This document shows, piece by piece, positions 37,857-48,526 of a stretch of 64,000 nt of DNA; positions within the stretch are counted from its first letter, which is position 1; the number at the start of each line of letters is the position of its first letter. This DNA comes from an uncultured delta proteobacterium. Its GTDB lineage: Bacteria > Desulfobacterota > Desulfuromonadia > Geobacterales > DSM-12255. The stretch spans positions 320,001 through 384,000 of the forward strand of contig CAWBBV010000007.1 in NCBI GenBank assembly GCA_963787125.1, in the 5' to 3' direction. The position numbers and the translations under genes are program-made. A model generated the notes under the pieces. It did no database searches. It was given only the letters and a program-made list of their open reading frames with translations, and was not told the DNA's origin.

Positions 37857-39869
37857 ATGACATTCAAGCAGATAATTATCGCCGCATCCCTGACACTCAC
37901 TTTTGCCTCAGCCGCCTTTGCTGAAGAGCCCAAGAAAGCACCAGCTGCGCCCGGCGCAGCTCCTGCTGTTACAGCACCTGCTGCTGCTCCCGCTGCCGGG
38001 GCACCTGCCGCAGTGGTCGCTCCAGGCGCAGTTCCAGGCGCACCTGTCGCTGCCGCTCCAGCTCCACCAGCACCTGAAAAACCTAAAAGAGAGCTGAAAG
38101 CTAACAAAGCCATCACCCTCTCCATGTTTGCCGTCATCATCAGCATCACTCTTGGTGTTGTTATCTGGGCTGCCAAGCAGACCAAGACAACCGCCGACTT
38201 CTACGCTGCCGGTGGTGGTATTACCGGTACTCAGAATGGTTGGGCGATTGCCGGTGACTATATGTCAGCTGCATCCTTCCTCGGTATTTCCGGGATGATT
38301 TCGCTCTACGGGTATGACGGGTTCATGTACTCCGTCGGCTGGCTGGTTGCCTACATCACGGTTCTCCTCATTGTTGCCGAGCCGTGCCGTAACGCCGGTA
38401 AGTACACCATGGGCGACATCCTTTCCTTCCGTACCGAGCCAAAACCGGTTCGTGCCGTTGCCGCGCTTGCCACTGTTGCCGTATCGACTTTTTACCTCAC
38501 TGCCCAGATGGTCGGCGCCGGTAAACTGATGGCCCTTCTGGTCGGTGTTCCTTACAAAACAGCCATCATCGGCGTCGGTATCCTGATGGTCGGCTACGTT
38601 GTTTTCGGTGGCATGACCGCTACTACCTGGGTTCAGATCATCAAGGCCGGCCTGCTCGTCAGCGGTGCTTTACTGCTGGCTTTCCTGGTTATGGCCAAAG
38701 CCAGTTTCAACCCGATTACCTTCTTCGAGCAGATCGTTAACAGCCCTGACATTCAGAAGCACGTTGAACTGCTCATGCTGAAAGACGGCATTACCATGAC
38801 CGGTGTTGATGCCGGCCAGCGCTTCCTTGAGCCGGCCCTCTTCATGAAGGCGCCGCTTGACCAGATCTCCCTCGGTATGGCTCTGGTTCTCGGTACCGCC
38901 GGTATGCCGCACATTTTGATGCGTTTCTTCACCGTCCCGACTGCCCAGGCAGCCCGTAAGTCAGTTATTATCGCCATGTGGATTATCGGCGGCTTTTACG
39001 TTATCACTACCCTGCTCGGTTTCGGTGCAGCTATCCACGTCACTCCGCAAGGGATTCAGCAGGTTGACCCGGGCGGCAACATGGCTACTCTGCTTCTCGC
39101 CCAGCAGCTTGGCGCTGATATCGCTCCGGTCATCGGCGATCTCTTCCTTGCCTTTCTCTGTTCGGTGGCTTTTGCCACCATTCTGGCCGTTGTTTCCGGT
39201 CTGGTTCTGGCAGCTTCCGCAGCTATCGCCCATGATATCTATGTTAACGTTATCAAGGACGGCCATGCTGACCAGCATGAGCAGGTTATGGCAGCCCGTA
39301 TTACTTCAATGGTTGTTGGTATTGTCGGTATCGTTATCGGTATCATCGCCGAGAAAGCCAACGTTGCCCACCTGGTGGCGCTTGCCTTCGCAGTCGCCTC
39401 TTCCGGTAACCTGCCGGTTGTTGTGCTTTCGCTTTTCTGGCGCAAGATGAACACTGCCGGTGTTATTGCCGGTCTTGTTGTCGGTACAATAGCATCCATC
39501 GGCCTGGTTATGGTTTCGCCGAACATGACCTATCCTAAGCTTGTTGCCAAAGGTGCTGAGAAGGTTATTGTCGCCATGGAGAAGAAGCAGGCAGCTCTCG
39601 CTCCTGGCGCTGTACTGTCTGAGAAAGACGCCAAGGCTCTGGCCAAGGCTCAGAAAGACGTCTTGGGTAAAGACGAAAAGTCGATCATGGGCCTCAGTGA
39701 GCCGATCCTCAAGCTGAAAAACCCTGGTATCTTCTCGATTCCTCTTGGTTTTGCTGCTGCAATATTCGGTGCACTGCTCTTCCCGAGCAAGCGTTCCGAA
39801 GATATGTTCGACGAAGTCTATGTCCGTCAGAACACCGGTCTTGGTATGGCTAAAGCTATCGATCATTGA
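37857..39869 (+). CDS. actP: Cation/acetate symporter (SSS family)
   Basis: AIAGDYMSAASFLG, GTAGMPHILMRFFTVP, AFATILAVVSGL; Ala/Pro-rich N-terminal extension. Confidence 0.92.
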   Translation: MTFKQIIIAASLTLTFASAAFAEEPKKAPAAPGAAPAVTAPAAAPAAGAPAAVVAPGAVPGAPVAAAPAPPAPEKPKRELKANKAITLSMFAVIISITLGVVIWAAKQTKTTADFYAAGGGITGTQNGWAIAGDYMSAASFLGISGMISLYGYDGFMYSVGWLVAYITVLLIVAEPCRNAGKYTMGDILSFRTEPKPVRAVAALATVAVSTFYLTAQMVGAGKLMALLVGVPYKTAIIGVGILMVGYVVFGGMTATTWVQIIKAGLLVSGALLLAFLVMAKASFNPITFFEQIVNSPDIQKHVELLMLKDGITMTGVDAGQRFLEPALFMKAPLDQISLGMALVLGTAGMPHILMRFFTVPTAQAARKSVIIAMWIIGGFYVITTLLGFGAAIHVTPQGIQQVDPGGNMATLLLAQQLGADIAPVIGDLFLAFLCSVAFATILAVVSGLVLAASAAIAHDIYVNVIKDGHADQHEQVMAARITSMVVGIVGIVIGIIAEKANVAHLVALAFAVASSGNLPVVVLSLFWRKMNTAGVIAGLVVGTIASIGLVMVSPNMTYPKLVAKGAEKVIVAMEKKQAALAPGAVLSEKDAKALAKAQKDVLGKDEKSIMGLSEPILKLKNPGIFSIPLGFAAAIFGALLFPSKRSEDMFDEVYVRQNTGLGMAKAIDH

Positions 39870-39894
39870 TAGCGGCAGTTTAGTTGTTTGCAGT

Positions 39895-39923
39895 GGGGGA
39901 AGGGAAACCTTCCCCCTTTTTTT
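39895..39923 (+). terminator. Intrinsic terminator after actP
   Basis: GGGGGAAGG-GAAA-CCTTCCCCC followed by a T-tract. Confidence 0.85.
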
Positions 39924-39986
39924 ATTCAAAATCCTCATATTCCTGCGCATTGTGATATATTCTAAGCAAATTGAGCGAGGACAGAC

Positions 39987-41216
39987 ATGCCTGACCGCAA
40001 TCATCCTGATAAAATCACCGATCAAGAGTTTATTGCCGGAATCATGGGGCAGGTGCGGGAGTTTCTCCCTTACCTTGATGCTCAAGAGACGGACGTTTTC
40101 CTTAATGAACTGAAAAATGCTGTTGATAGCAGTCTTACCTGGATAGAGGAGCTGAATTCTTCGCAGAACAGGCTGCTTTTGCAGATAGCAGCAACTCATG
40201 ATTGCCCGAAACTTGGTGTTATTCACGATGAGCTGAACCGGATCGAGATGGAGCGATTTCTCCGCCTACCGTCAGTACCGGCGCTGCACAGTAACTGCAC
40301 AGAATATCGGGACGTCCTCGCAGAGCGGGCAATGGAGCTTGTAGCCGCTGAAATGGTGTCCAACGGCAGCCCACCTCCGGAACTGCCATATGCGCTCATC
40401 AGTATGGGGAGTGACGGTCGTGAAGAGCAGACTCTTATTACCGATCAGGACTACCTCATAGTCTACGGCGATGGTGGCGGTGAAGACGCTGACGACTGGT
40501 TCAGACGCTTCTCCGAACTTCTGGTCGAGCGGTTGGTTGAAGTTGGTTTCAAAAAGTGCACCGGCGACATAATGCCGAGTAATCCTACCTGGCGTGGTTC
40601 GATGCATCAGTGGAACCGGAAGCTGTTGGCAATAGTGCGTTACGAGTATGAAGATTATGGCAAAAACCTGATGGATCTTATTGTTCTTTCTGATGCCCGC
40701 TTTGTTGCCGGAGACAAAGTGCTGGCTCATGAACTGGTAGAGCTGATCAGGAGGCTTGAGAAGGACTACTTTCATGTGCTCTGGGGGATGGCAAAGGCTG
40801 CAACCGAGATGCGCCTTGCGCTTGGTTTTCTGAAACGGATCTGGACAGAGGGGTCAGGAGAGCATAAGGGGGAGTTTAATCTCAAACTGCTGGCGTGGGC
40901 GCCACTGGTGATGAATATCAGGATTATCTCCATAAATCAGGGGATACCGGCGACATCAACTCTGGAGAGGATTCAACTTCTGCATAAAGAGGGGAGCTTT
41001 TCAGCCAGTATGGCGGCCGGCTTGACGGCTGCTTATCATATACTGACCCGCTACCGGGCACTCCAGCAGATCAAAGTTATCAAGGGAATTCAAAATAATT
41101 CATACTACATAAACCCCTACCAACTGCCGAATGAAGAGCGTGAAAAGATCCGTCAGGCACTCCTCAAAATTGAAGATTTGCAGAAGGTTATTCATGCTAA
41201 TTTCCATATAGTGTAA
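39987..41216 (+). CDS. DUF294 nucleotidyltransferase-like protein
   Basis: MGSDGREEQTLITDQD, CTGDIMPSNPTW. Confidence 0.88.
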   Translation: MPDRNHPDKITDQEFIAGIMGQVREFLPYLDAQETDVFLNELKNAVDSSLTWIEELNSSQNRLLLQIAATHDCPKLGVIHDELNRIEMERFLRLPSVPALHSNCTEYRDVLAERAMELVAAEMVSNGSPPPELPYALISMGSDGREEQTLITDQDYLIVYGDGGGEDADDWFRRFSELLVERLVEVGFKKCTGDIMPSNPTWRGSMHQWNRKLLAIVRYEYEDYGKNLMDLIVLSDARFVAGDKVLAHELVELIRRLEKDYFHVLWGMAKAATEMRLALGFLKRIWTEGSGEHKGEFNLKLLAWAPLVMNIRIISINQGIPATSTLERIQLLHKEGSFSASMAAGLTAAYHILTRYRALQQIKVIKGIQNNSYYINPYQLPNEEREKIRQALLKIEDLQKVIHANFHIV

Positions 41217-41382
41217 CCACCCTTTTCTGCTTCTCTTTCATTCTTGTATATCTCAATGAAAACAGCCATCTACGTTAATAACTAATCATTGCATCTTGTG
41301 TATTGTTGCTTGAGTGGGTTACCTAGACTGAAAAAACTGGTTTTAGGTCGGGGCGCGGGTTTTTATTGAGATAATAAAGCGC

Positions 41383-41410
41383 TTGATAGTAATGTTACAT
41401 GTGATACTAT
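41383..41410 (+). promoter_or_regulatory. Putative hicAB promoter with overlapping inverted repeat
   Basis: TTGATA-N16-TACTAT with extended -10 TG; ATAGTA/TACTAT inverted repeat. Confidence 0.55.
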
Positions 41411-41416
41411 TGAAGC

Positions 41417-41662
41417 ATGACAACAGCAGACAAGACACTTGACAGGATGCGGAATAACCCGCGTGACTGGCGGATTGATGACCTGTTGACCCTGGCCGAG
41501 CGTTACGGGGTTGAGGTTCGCAACAACGGTGGAAGTCACCATGTTTTTACCGTTCGCGGAATTGCCGATAGTCTCTGTGTCCCGGCACATCGGCCAATCA
41601 AGCCGGTCTATGTCAAGCGGTTCATAGTATTGATCGACACGATCAAGGAGAAAACGTCATGA
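41417..41662 (+). CDS. hicA: HicA-family toxin
   Basis: GGSHHVF, VPAHRPIKPVYVK. Confidence 0.88.
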   Translation: MTTADKTLDRMRNNPRDWRIDDLLTLAERYGVEVRNNGGSHHVFTVRGIADSLCVPAHRPIKPVYVKRFIVLIDTIKEKTS

Positions 41663-42084
41663 GTGTAAAGAAAATCAGACCAGTAACGCCGCCGTATCCT
41701 TTCGAGGCCTACGGCCACATGATAACGCCGCTGTCTGTAGATGACGGTGGTGGATACATGATTACCTTTCCGGATCTTCCCGGCTGCATGTCGGATGGCG
41801 AAACGATGGAAGAGGTTCTTGTTAATGGCCGAGACGCCTTTAACAGCTGGATAGCGGCACAGGTGGACATGAAAAGGCATATTCCGGAACCGACGCACTA
41901 CGATGAAGAGGGAAAGCCGGTCAAGTTTGTACAGAGACTTCCCCGCTCACTTCATGCTTCACTACAGGCAAGGGCGAGAGCTGAAGGGGTAAGCCTCAAT
42001 ACTCTTGTGCTTACTTTGATTGCTGAAGGTCTTGGCAGGCATGAGAGAGTGACACAGAACGAACCGGCAAGGCATGCTGCTTAA
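41659..42084 (+). CDS. hicB: HicB-family antitoxin (RHH-type C-terminus)
   Basis: FPDLPGCMSDGET, QRLPRSLH...EGVSLN; 4-nt overlap with hicA. Confidence 0.9.
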   Translation: MSVKKIRPVTPPYPFEAYGHMITPLSVDDGGGYMITFPDLPGCMSDGETMEEVLVNGRDAFNSWIAAQVDMKRHIPEPTHYDEEGKPVKFVQRLPRSLHASLQARARAEGVSLNTLVLTLIAEGLGRHERVTQNEPARHAA

Positions 42085-42217
42085 GCATCAGCAGATTGGA
42101 CCCTTACAGTTTTTAAGCGTTACCTATTTGTTACCTGAAAACTAAAGTCTAAAAATAAACTCCACAAATGCAAGTGATTGCTGTGTCAAGTTCCCAATTT
42201 TCATAGGAGAATGAAGT

Positions 42218-42844
42218 ATGAAGAGACTGGATCTAATTATTTGTCTGCTTGCGGCAGCATTCCTTATGATCAACGCCTTGCCTGCCGGTGCTGCGGAGAT
42301 AAAGCAGGGCAAGCTGGAAAAGGCCGCTTTTGCCGGTGGCTGCTTCTGGTGCATGGAGGCACCATTTGATCAGCTTCCAGGTGTAATCTCTGTAACTTCA
42401 GGCTATACGGGCGGTAAAAAGAAGCAACCAAGCTACAAGGAGGTTTCTGCAGGCGGGACAGGTCACGCTGAAGCGGTTCAGATCGTCTATGATCCGACTA
42501 AAATCAGCTATGATAAGCTTCTGACTATCTTCTGGCACAATATCGATCCAACTGTAAAAGATCGTCAGTTCTGCGATACAGGCGACCAATATCGCAGTGC
42601 CATTTTCTATAATTCAGAAGCGCAGCGCAGCCTTGCCATGCTTTCAAAAGCTTCTCTGGAGAAAAATAAACCGTTCAAAGAACCTGTTGTGACAGAGATC
42701 AGCCAGGCCGGTGAATTTTATCCGGCCGAGGAATATCACCAGCACTATTACAAGAAGAACCCGCTCAGGTACAAGTACTACCGTAACGGTTGTGGTCGCG
42801 ACCAGCGACTCAAGGAGTTGTGGGGCAATTCAGCCGGACATTAG
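42218..42844 (+). CDS. msrA: Exported peptide-methionine (S)-S-oxide reductase
   Basis: Signal peptide, [24 protein letters not shown]. Confidence 0.95.
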   Translation: MKRLDLIICLLAAAFLMINALPAGAAEIKQGKLEKAAFAGGCFWCMEAPFDQLPGVISVTSGYTGGKKKQPSYKEVSAGGTGHAEAVQIVYDPTKISYDKLLTIFWHNIDPTVKDRQFCDTGDQYRSAIFYNSEAQRSLAMLSKASLEKNKPFKEPVVTEISQAGEFYPAEEYHQHYYKKNPLRYKYYRNGCGRDQRLKELWGNSAGH

Positions 42845-42866
42845 TTTACTTAAGACGGAGGTTCGT

Positions 42867-43418
42867 ATGAAAATTCTTGCAGGCATGTTGGTGCTGATGT
42901 TGTTCGCGGCGGTTGTCGCCTGTAGCGGTGGCGCAACACAGTCTCCGTCAGCAGCCAGGTCCGGTTCCTCAGACAGTGGCAAAGTGAAGCTTTATTCCGT
43001 TACCGCGAAAGGCTATATTATGAGTGATAAAGTCGTAAAAACACCTGAAGAGTGGCGCAAACAGCTGACTCCGGAGCAGTACCACGTCACCAGGGAGCAG
43101 GGGACGGAACAGGCTTTCACCGGTGCCACCTGGAACAATCATGACAACGGCATTTACCAATGCATCTGCTGCGGTAATGATCTGTATCGTTCGGAGCATA
43201 AGTATGAATCCGGCACCGGTTGGCCAAGTTTCTGGCAACCGATCGCCGCCGAAAATATAACTACCCGCGCCGACAACAGTCTCTTCTCAAAACGGACAGA
43301 AGTTATCTGCCGCCGCTGTGATGCCCACTTGGGGCATGTTTTCGAAGATGGTCCCAAGCCGACCGGATTGCGCTATTGCATGAATTCGGCAGCCATGAAA
43401 TTTGTAAAAACACCGTGA
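42867..43418 (+). CDS. msrB: Peptide-methionine (R)-S-oxide reductase, predicted lipoprotein
   Basis: Lipobox-like [27 protein letters not shown]. Confidence 0.93.
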   Translation: MKILAGMLVLMLFAAVVACSGGATQSPSAARSGSSDSGKVKLYSVTAKGYIMSDKVVKTPEEWRKQLTPEQYHVTREQGTEQAFTGATWNNHDNGIYQCICCGNDLYRSEHKYESGTGWPSFWQPIAAENITTRADNSLFSKRTEVICRRCDAHLGHVFEDGPKPTGLRYCMNSAAMKFVKTP

Positions 43419-44938
43419 CCCCTTTGGTCGGAATATTATCCGATACTCCCGAGAACCGAACGCTGGTTGCCAATGTTCACCCGCCTGATTGGATCAATCC
43501 TGAGCCAGCAGAGTGCTACAACCTGGTGGTGATCGGTGGCGGTACGGCGGGGCTCATAGCAGCTGCCGGCGCTGCCGGCCTGGGGGCAAAGGTTGCCATC
43601 ATCGAGCGGCATCTGCTGGGCGGCGACTGTCTCAATGTTGGCTGCGTCCCCTCCAAGGGGGTCATCCGGGCATCCCGTGCGCTCCATGATGCGCGTAACT
43701 CTGCTGAATTCGGAATTAAGGGCAGTCTAACTCTCGATTTTGACTTTGGCTCGGCGATGGAGCGGATGTGCCGCCTGCGTGCTGATATCAGCACGCATGA
43801 CTCTGCCCGCCGTTTCCGTGACGAATTGGGTGTCGATGTATTCATTGGTCAGGGGAGCTTCAGCGGTCCAAAGACGGTTGAAGTAGCGGGAAAGTCGCTC
43901 TGTTTCAAAAAAGCCGCCGTCTGCACCGGTGCCCGTGCCGCCGTCCCGCCCATACCGGGGCTGGAAGAAGCAGGCTATCATACCAACGAAACCATTTTCT
44001 CTCTCACAGAACTTCCACCCCGTATGGCGGTCATCGGTGCCGGTCCCATCGGCTGCGAGCTGGCGCAGGCGTTTGCCCGTTTCGGCAGCAGTATAACCCT
44101 GATTGAGTCGGGACCTCATATTCTCGGTCGCGAAGATAATGATGCCGCTGGGATTCTGCACACTGCCTTTATTCGCGAAGGCGTAAACTTGCAGTTGGGA
44201 GTTAAAATACTCAGCGTAGAAAAGCGAGGCAGCGACAAGGTGCTGAGTCTGGAGCGGTCTGGCCAGACCATAGAGGTCGTTGCCGATCAAATCCTTGTTG
44301 GCATCGGTCGAGCACCCAATATTGAAGGACTCGGCCTGGAGAGGGCCGGGATCAAGTTTGACCGGTCAGGGGTCACTGTCAGCGATACCCTGCAGACCTC
44401 AAATCCCAATGTTTATGCCGCCGGCGATATCTGCTTTCCCTTCAAGTTCACCCACACTGCCGATGCCCTGGCCCGCATCCTGATCGCCAATGCGCTCTTT
44501 ATGGGGAGGCAGAAGGCGTCAGCCCTCACCATCCCCTGGTGCACCTACACCGATCCGGAGATAGCCCATGTCGGGATGTATGAAATCGAGGCAAGTGAAA
44601 AGGGGCTTGAGGTGACCACGCTCACCGTGCACTTGGCTGATATCGATCGGGCGCTGCTTGACGGCGAAGCTGACGGCTTTGCCCGGGTCCACCTGCTCAA
44701 GGGGACAGACAGAATACTCGGTGCCACCATCGTCGCCCGTCACGCCGGGGAGATGATCAACGAGTTCTCGCTGGCCATTACCAATGGTCTCGGAATCTCT
44801 GCCATCGGCAAGACCATTCACCCCTATCCGACCCAGGCTGAAGTCATCAAACGGTTGGCTGATGCCTACAACCGGACGCGACTTACCCCTTTTGTGAAGA
44901 ACCTGCTTTCCGGGTGGCTGAAATGGCAGAGAAGGTAA
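43415..44938 (+). CDS. Class I pyridine nucleotide-disulfide oxidoreductase (MerA/Lpd-like)
   Basis: [32 protein letters not shown]; no C-terminal Cys pair. Confidence 0.88.
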   Translation: MTPLVGILSDTPENRTLVANVHPPDWINPEPAECYNLVVIGGGTAGLIAAAGAAGLGAKVAIIERHLLGGDCLNVGCVPSKGVIRASRALHDARNSAEFGIKGSLTLDFDFGSAMERMCRLRADISTHDSARRFRDELGVDVFIGQGSFSGPKTVEVAGKSLCFKKAAVCTGARAAVPPIPGLEEAGYHTNETIFSLTELPPRMAVIGAGPIGCELAQAFARFGSSITLIESGPHILGREDNDAAGILHTAFIREGVNLQLGVKILSVEKRGSDKVLSLERSGQTIEVVADQILVGIGRAPNIEGLGLERAGIKFDRSGVTVSDTLQTSNPNVYAAGDICFPFKFTHTADALARILIANALFMGRQKASALTIPWCTYTDPEIAHVGMYEIEASEKGLEVTTLTVHLADIDRALLDGEADGFARVHLLKGTDRILGATIVARHAGEMINEFSLAITNGLGISAIGKTIHPYPTQAEVIKRLADAYNRTRLTPFVKNLLSGWLKWQRR

Positions 44939-44993
44939 GTAAAAGAATAGAACGCGGAAGAAGCGGATTGAGCGGATAAAGGCGGATTTAGCA

Positions 44994-45671
44994 ATGAAAC
45001 CACAAAAAATCATCATAACTGTCGCAGGGATAGTCGTGGTGCTACTCTTCTTTTACTTTGATCTGCAGCGGTTTCTGACTTTATCTGCTCTCAAAGCCAA
45101 CCGCCAGACGCTGCTGGATTATTATGCCGCCCACAAGCTGATTATGGTGGCCGGCTTCATGGGGCTTTATATAATCCAGACCACCCTGTCGCTGCCGGGT
45201 GCTGCCATTCTCTCTCTGGCGGCAGGCGCAATCTTCGGCTCGATAATGGGTACGGTCTACGCCAACATCGCCGCCACGCTCGGCGCTACCCTTGCCTTTC
45301 TGGTGACCCGTTACCTGCTGCGTGATGTCGTCATGAACAGATTCGGCAGCAAACTGGAGGGGATGAACCGGGAGCTGGAGGAACGCGGCTTCAGTTATCT
45401 TCTGTTTTTGCGCCTGGTGCCGCTGTTTCCGTTTTTCCTTATCAACCTGGCTGCCGGACTGACCCGGCTTCCCTTGCGGACATTCTTTTTGGGGACGATG
45501 CTCGGGATTATTCCGGGTGGGTTTGTTTATGTCAATGCCGGGGCGAGCCTGGCAACCATTGATTCGCTTTCCGGCGTCGTCTCGCCGCGCGTACTCGGCT
45601 CGTTTGCGTTACTTGGGCTGTTTGCGCTGGTTCCGGTTTTGTACAATAAATACGCACAAAAAAAGGAGTAA
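44994..45671 (+). CDS. TVP38/TMEM64 (DedA/VTT) membrane protein
   Basis: SLPGA, GAIFG, LRLVPLFPFFLIN. Confidence 0.9.
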   Translation: MKPQKIIITVAGIVVVLLFFYFDLQRFLTLSALKANRQTLLDYYAAHKLIMVAGFMGLYIIQTTLSLPGAAILSLAAGAIFGSIMGTVYANIAATLGATLAFLVTRYLLRDVVMNRFGSKLEGMNRELEERGFSYLLFLRLVPLFPFFLINLAAGLTRLPLRTFFLGTMLGIIPGGFVYVNAGASLATIDSLSGVVSPRVLGSFALLGLFALVPVLYNKYAQKKE

Positions 45672-45681
45672 ATGTCTGACT

Positions 45682-46644
45682 ATGGTAGCGCCCTTTCAAC
45701 AACGCCTGCATGCGGTGAATCCTGAATATGAAACATTTGAAAACCTGCAGACCCTGCAGGTAAACCTGGGTAACCTCTGCAACCTGCATTGCACCCATTG
45801 TCATGTCAACGCCTCCAGTCGTGGTACGGAAGTTATGGGGACGAAGGTCATGGCGCAGATAGTTCGATTTCTGGCGCGCCACCCCGGTATTACCCTTGAT
45901 ATAACCGGTGGCTGCCCGGAGATGAACCCGGATTTCCGTTATTTTCTGGAGCAGACAAAGGGGGTGGCGCAACAAAGGTTGTTGCGCAGTAATCTGGCGA
46001 TTATGGCAGAACCGGGCTGGGCCTGGCTGCCGGAGTTTTGCCGCAGCCATGAACTGACCATTATCGGTTCGCTCCCCTGTTACCTGGAAGATAACGTCGA
46101 CCGTCAGAGAGGTCATGGCGTCTATAATAAATGCATTCAGGTGTTGAAACAGCTGAATACACTCGGTTATGGAGCAGAGCTGGAGCTTGATCTTGTCTAC
46201 AACCCGGGAGGGGATTTTGTCCCCGGCAGTCAACAGGGACTGGAAGCCGCTTACAAGGCAGAACTGTCTGCCACCCATGGGATTGTCTTCAATAACCTGT
46301 TTACTATCACCAACGCCCCGATTGGCCGTTTCAGGGATCATCTTGAAGCTGAAGGTGGCTATGCTGAATATCTTCGCCTGCTTGCCGGGCGATTTAATCC
46401 TGAGGCGGCGGGAAGCATCATGTGCCGGACTCTGATTAGTGTCGATTGGCAGGGGAAAATCTACAATTGCGATTTCAATCAGGCGCTTGGAATGCCGATT
46501 ACGGCGGATGACGGTTCTGAAATAACGATTTTTGAGCTGGACGATGCTCGTATGGACGGCAAGCGAATCAACCTTGCCCAGCACTGTTACTGCTGCACGG
46601 CGGGCGAAGGTTCCAGTTGCACCGGGGCACTGGTAGCATCATAA
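45682..46644 (+). CDS. ArsS-like radical SAM protein with Cys-rich C-terminus
   Basis: CNLHCTHC, DITGGCPE, MCR..ISVDWQG..YNCDFNQ, HCYCCTAGEGSSC. Confidence 0.85.
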   Translation: MVAPFQQRLHAVNPEYETFENLQTLQVNLGNLCNLHCTHCHVNASSRGTEVMGTKVMAQIVRFLARHPGITLDITGGCPEMNPDFRYFLEQTKGVAQQRLLRSNLAIMAEPGWAWLPEFCRSHELTIIGSLPCYLEDNVDRQRGHGVYNKCIQVLKQLNTLGYGAELELDLVYNPGGDFVPGSQQGLEAAYKAELSATHGIVFNNLFTITNAPIGRFRDHLEAEGGYAEYLRLLAGRFNPEAAGSIMCRTLISVDWQGKIYNCDFNQALGMPITADDGSEITIFELDDARMDGKRINLAQHCYCCTAGEGSSCTGALVAS

Positions 46645-46694
46645 CGGAAACAGCAGCGTATCACCCGGAAACTGTTTATAACGGCAGTGATAAA

Positions 46695-47564
46695 TCAGAT
46701 CATTGCCAGCCTGTTGCGCAGATACTTTTCAAACTCCCCATTGAACTCCTCACGCTTCAGAGCAAGATCAACTGTTGCTTTTAGAAAGCCGAGCTTGTCG
46801 CCACAATCATGACGAACTCCTTCAAATCTGCAGCCATAGATAGCCTGGCTCTTTGAAAGTTTGAGGATCGCGTCAGTGAGCTGGATCTCGCCGCCCTTGC
46901 CAGGTTCCTGGTTCTCAAGAACAGTAAAGATCTCAGGGGTAAGAATATAGCGGCCGATGATTGCCAGGTCAGACGGAGCCTCTTCCGGTTTCGGTTTTTC
47001 TATCATGTCAGTGACTTCAAAAACTCTGTCTGAGATATGGGTTGCCTTGACACAGCCATAAGACGAGATGTTTTCCTGTGGAACCTGCTCTAGCGCCAGC
47101 ACGGAGCCACGATATTTGCTGTGAACTTCGAGAAGCTGTGACAGGCAGGGTTTCTCTGAGTCGATAATGTCATCTCCCAGCAGGACAGCAAAAGGCTCGT
47201 TGCCGATAAAATCCTTGGCACAGAGGATCGCATGGCCAAGGCCCAGCGCCTGTTTCTGGCGGACGTAAAAGATATCAACCATTTCGGCAATTTCTCTCAC
47301 CTGAGTTAGTTCCGCTTCCTTCCCTTTGTCGTAGAGCAGGGCTTCAAGCTCAAAGGCGATGTCGAAATGATCCTCAAGGGCTCTTTTCCCACGGCCTGTT
47401 ACAAAAAGGATCTGTTCAATGCCGGATGCTACCGCCTCTTCGACAACATACTGCACCAGGGGCTTGTCTATAAGAGCAAGCATCTCTTTCGGCGATGCTT
47501 TTGTGGCAGGAAGAAAACGGGTACCAAGACCGGCAACCGGGAAAACGGCTTTTTTTACACGCAA
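46695..47564 (-). CDS. galU: UTP-glucose-1-phosphate uridylyltransferase
   Basis: KAVFPVAGLGTRFLPATK, GGEIQLTDAI. Confidence 0.97.
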   Translation of the reverse strand: MRVKKAVFPVAGLGTRFLPATKASPKEMLALIDKPLVQYVVEEAVASGIEQILFVTGRGKRALEDHFDIAFELEALLYDKGKEAELTQVREIAEMVDIFYVRQKQALGLGHAILCAKDFIGNEPFAVLLGDDIIDSEKPCLSQLLEVHSKYRGSVLALEQVPQENISSYGCVKATHISDRVFEVTDMIEKPKPEEAPSDLAIIGRYILTPEIFTVLENQEPGKGGEIQLTDAILKLSKSQAIYGCRFEGVRHDCGDKLGFLKATVDLALKREEFNGEFEKYLRNRLAMI

Positions 47565-47644
47565 AATGAACCTCCATGGGAATAAAGACAGTATGCAGAA
47601 TCAGAATTCAGCTGAAAAGCTTTAATCCTGTTGCCTGTATCTGA

Positions 47645-48526
47645 CTAAAGGATACTATTTCTAATAATTTCTGGAATAATCTCTTCTCTTCCCATCGCCA
47701 TAATATGGAGACCGTCAGAGTATGGTCTTACTGCTCTTGCCAGGCGGCAGGCAATGTCAATACCCGTTTGAGTCTGGTTAGCCGAGGATTCGAGCTCGAT
47801 TATGATTTCATCAGGGACGCGCAGTCCGGGGATGTTCTTATTGATGAAGCGAGCCATTGCTGCCGATTTCAAGAGGAGAATGCCGCTGATAACTTTAACT
47901 CCCAAAGGCTTCACTGCAACTGAGAACCGTGCAAGTTTTTCCGGCTGAAAGATAGCCTGCGTTTGAAAAAACTTTGCTCCGGCATCCGCCTTTTTGCGAA
48001 GTTTGTGGAGCGTTAATTCAAATGGTTCCGCTTCAGGAGCCGCTGCCGCCCCGGAGAAGAAGCGAGGAACGCCTTCCAGGGTTTTTCCGGAAAGATCGCT
48101 GCCGTTTTCGAGGCATCTGATTGTTCCCAGGAGTTGCACCGAATCGAGATCAAAAACCGCCTTGCTGTTTTTGTGGTCGCCAAAAGAGATGTGGTCACCG
48201 GTCAGGGCAAGAATATTTGTTATCCCGAGAGCTGCCGCACCAAGAAGGTCACTTTGGAGTGCCAGCCGGTTTCTGTCCCTGCAGGTGAGTTGCAACAGTG
48301 GTTCAATCCCTTCGCGCAGGAGCAGGCAGGCAGCGGCAAGCGGCGAGATGCGCATGTTGGCGCCCTGATTGTCGGTTACATTGATTGCATCTACAAATCC
48401 GGAAAGTGCCTGTGACTGCTGAATGAAGAGCGCAGGATCGCACCCTTTCGGCGGACAGACTTCTGCCGTTATGACAAAATCCCCTCTGGAGAGCTTCTGC
48501 TGAAGGCTTGACAGGTTAGCAGTCAT
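47645..48526 (-). CDS. metF: Methylenetetrahydrofolate reductase
   Basis: INVTDN, LTCRDRNRLALQSDLLGA, GAKFFQTQ. Confidence 0.9.
   Translation of the reverse strand: MTANLSSLQQKLSRGDFVITAEVCPPKGCDPALFIQQSQALSGFVDAINVTDNQGANMRISPLAAACLLLREGIEPLLQLTCRDRNRLALQSDLLGAAALGITNILALTGDHISFGDHKNSKAVFDLDSVQLLGTIRCLENGSDLSGKTLEGVPRFFSGAAAAPEAEPFELTLHKLRKKADAGAKFFQTQAIFQPEKLARFSVAVKPLGVKVISGILLLKSAAMARFINKNIPGLRVPDEIIIELESSANQTQTGIDIACRLARAVRPYSDGLHIMAMGREEIIPEIIRNSIL

Noticed and set aside
37920..38080. Repetitive GC-rich DNA in actP as a CRISPR or VNTR
   Set aside because: Degenerate Ala/Pro linker codons with no fixed repeat-spacer structure
43415..44938. Mercuric reductase merA
   Set aside because: Lacks the C-terminal Cys-Cys pair and NmerA domain, and there are no mer genes nearby
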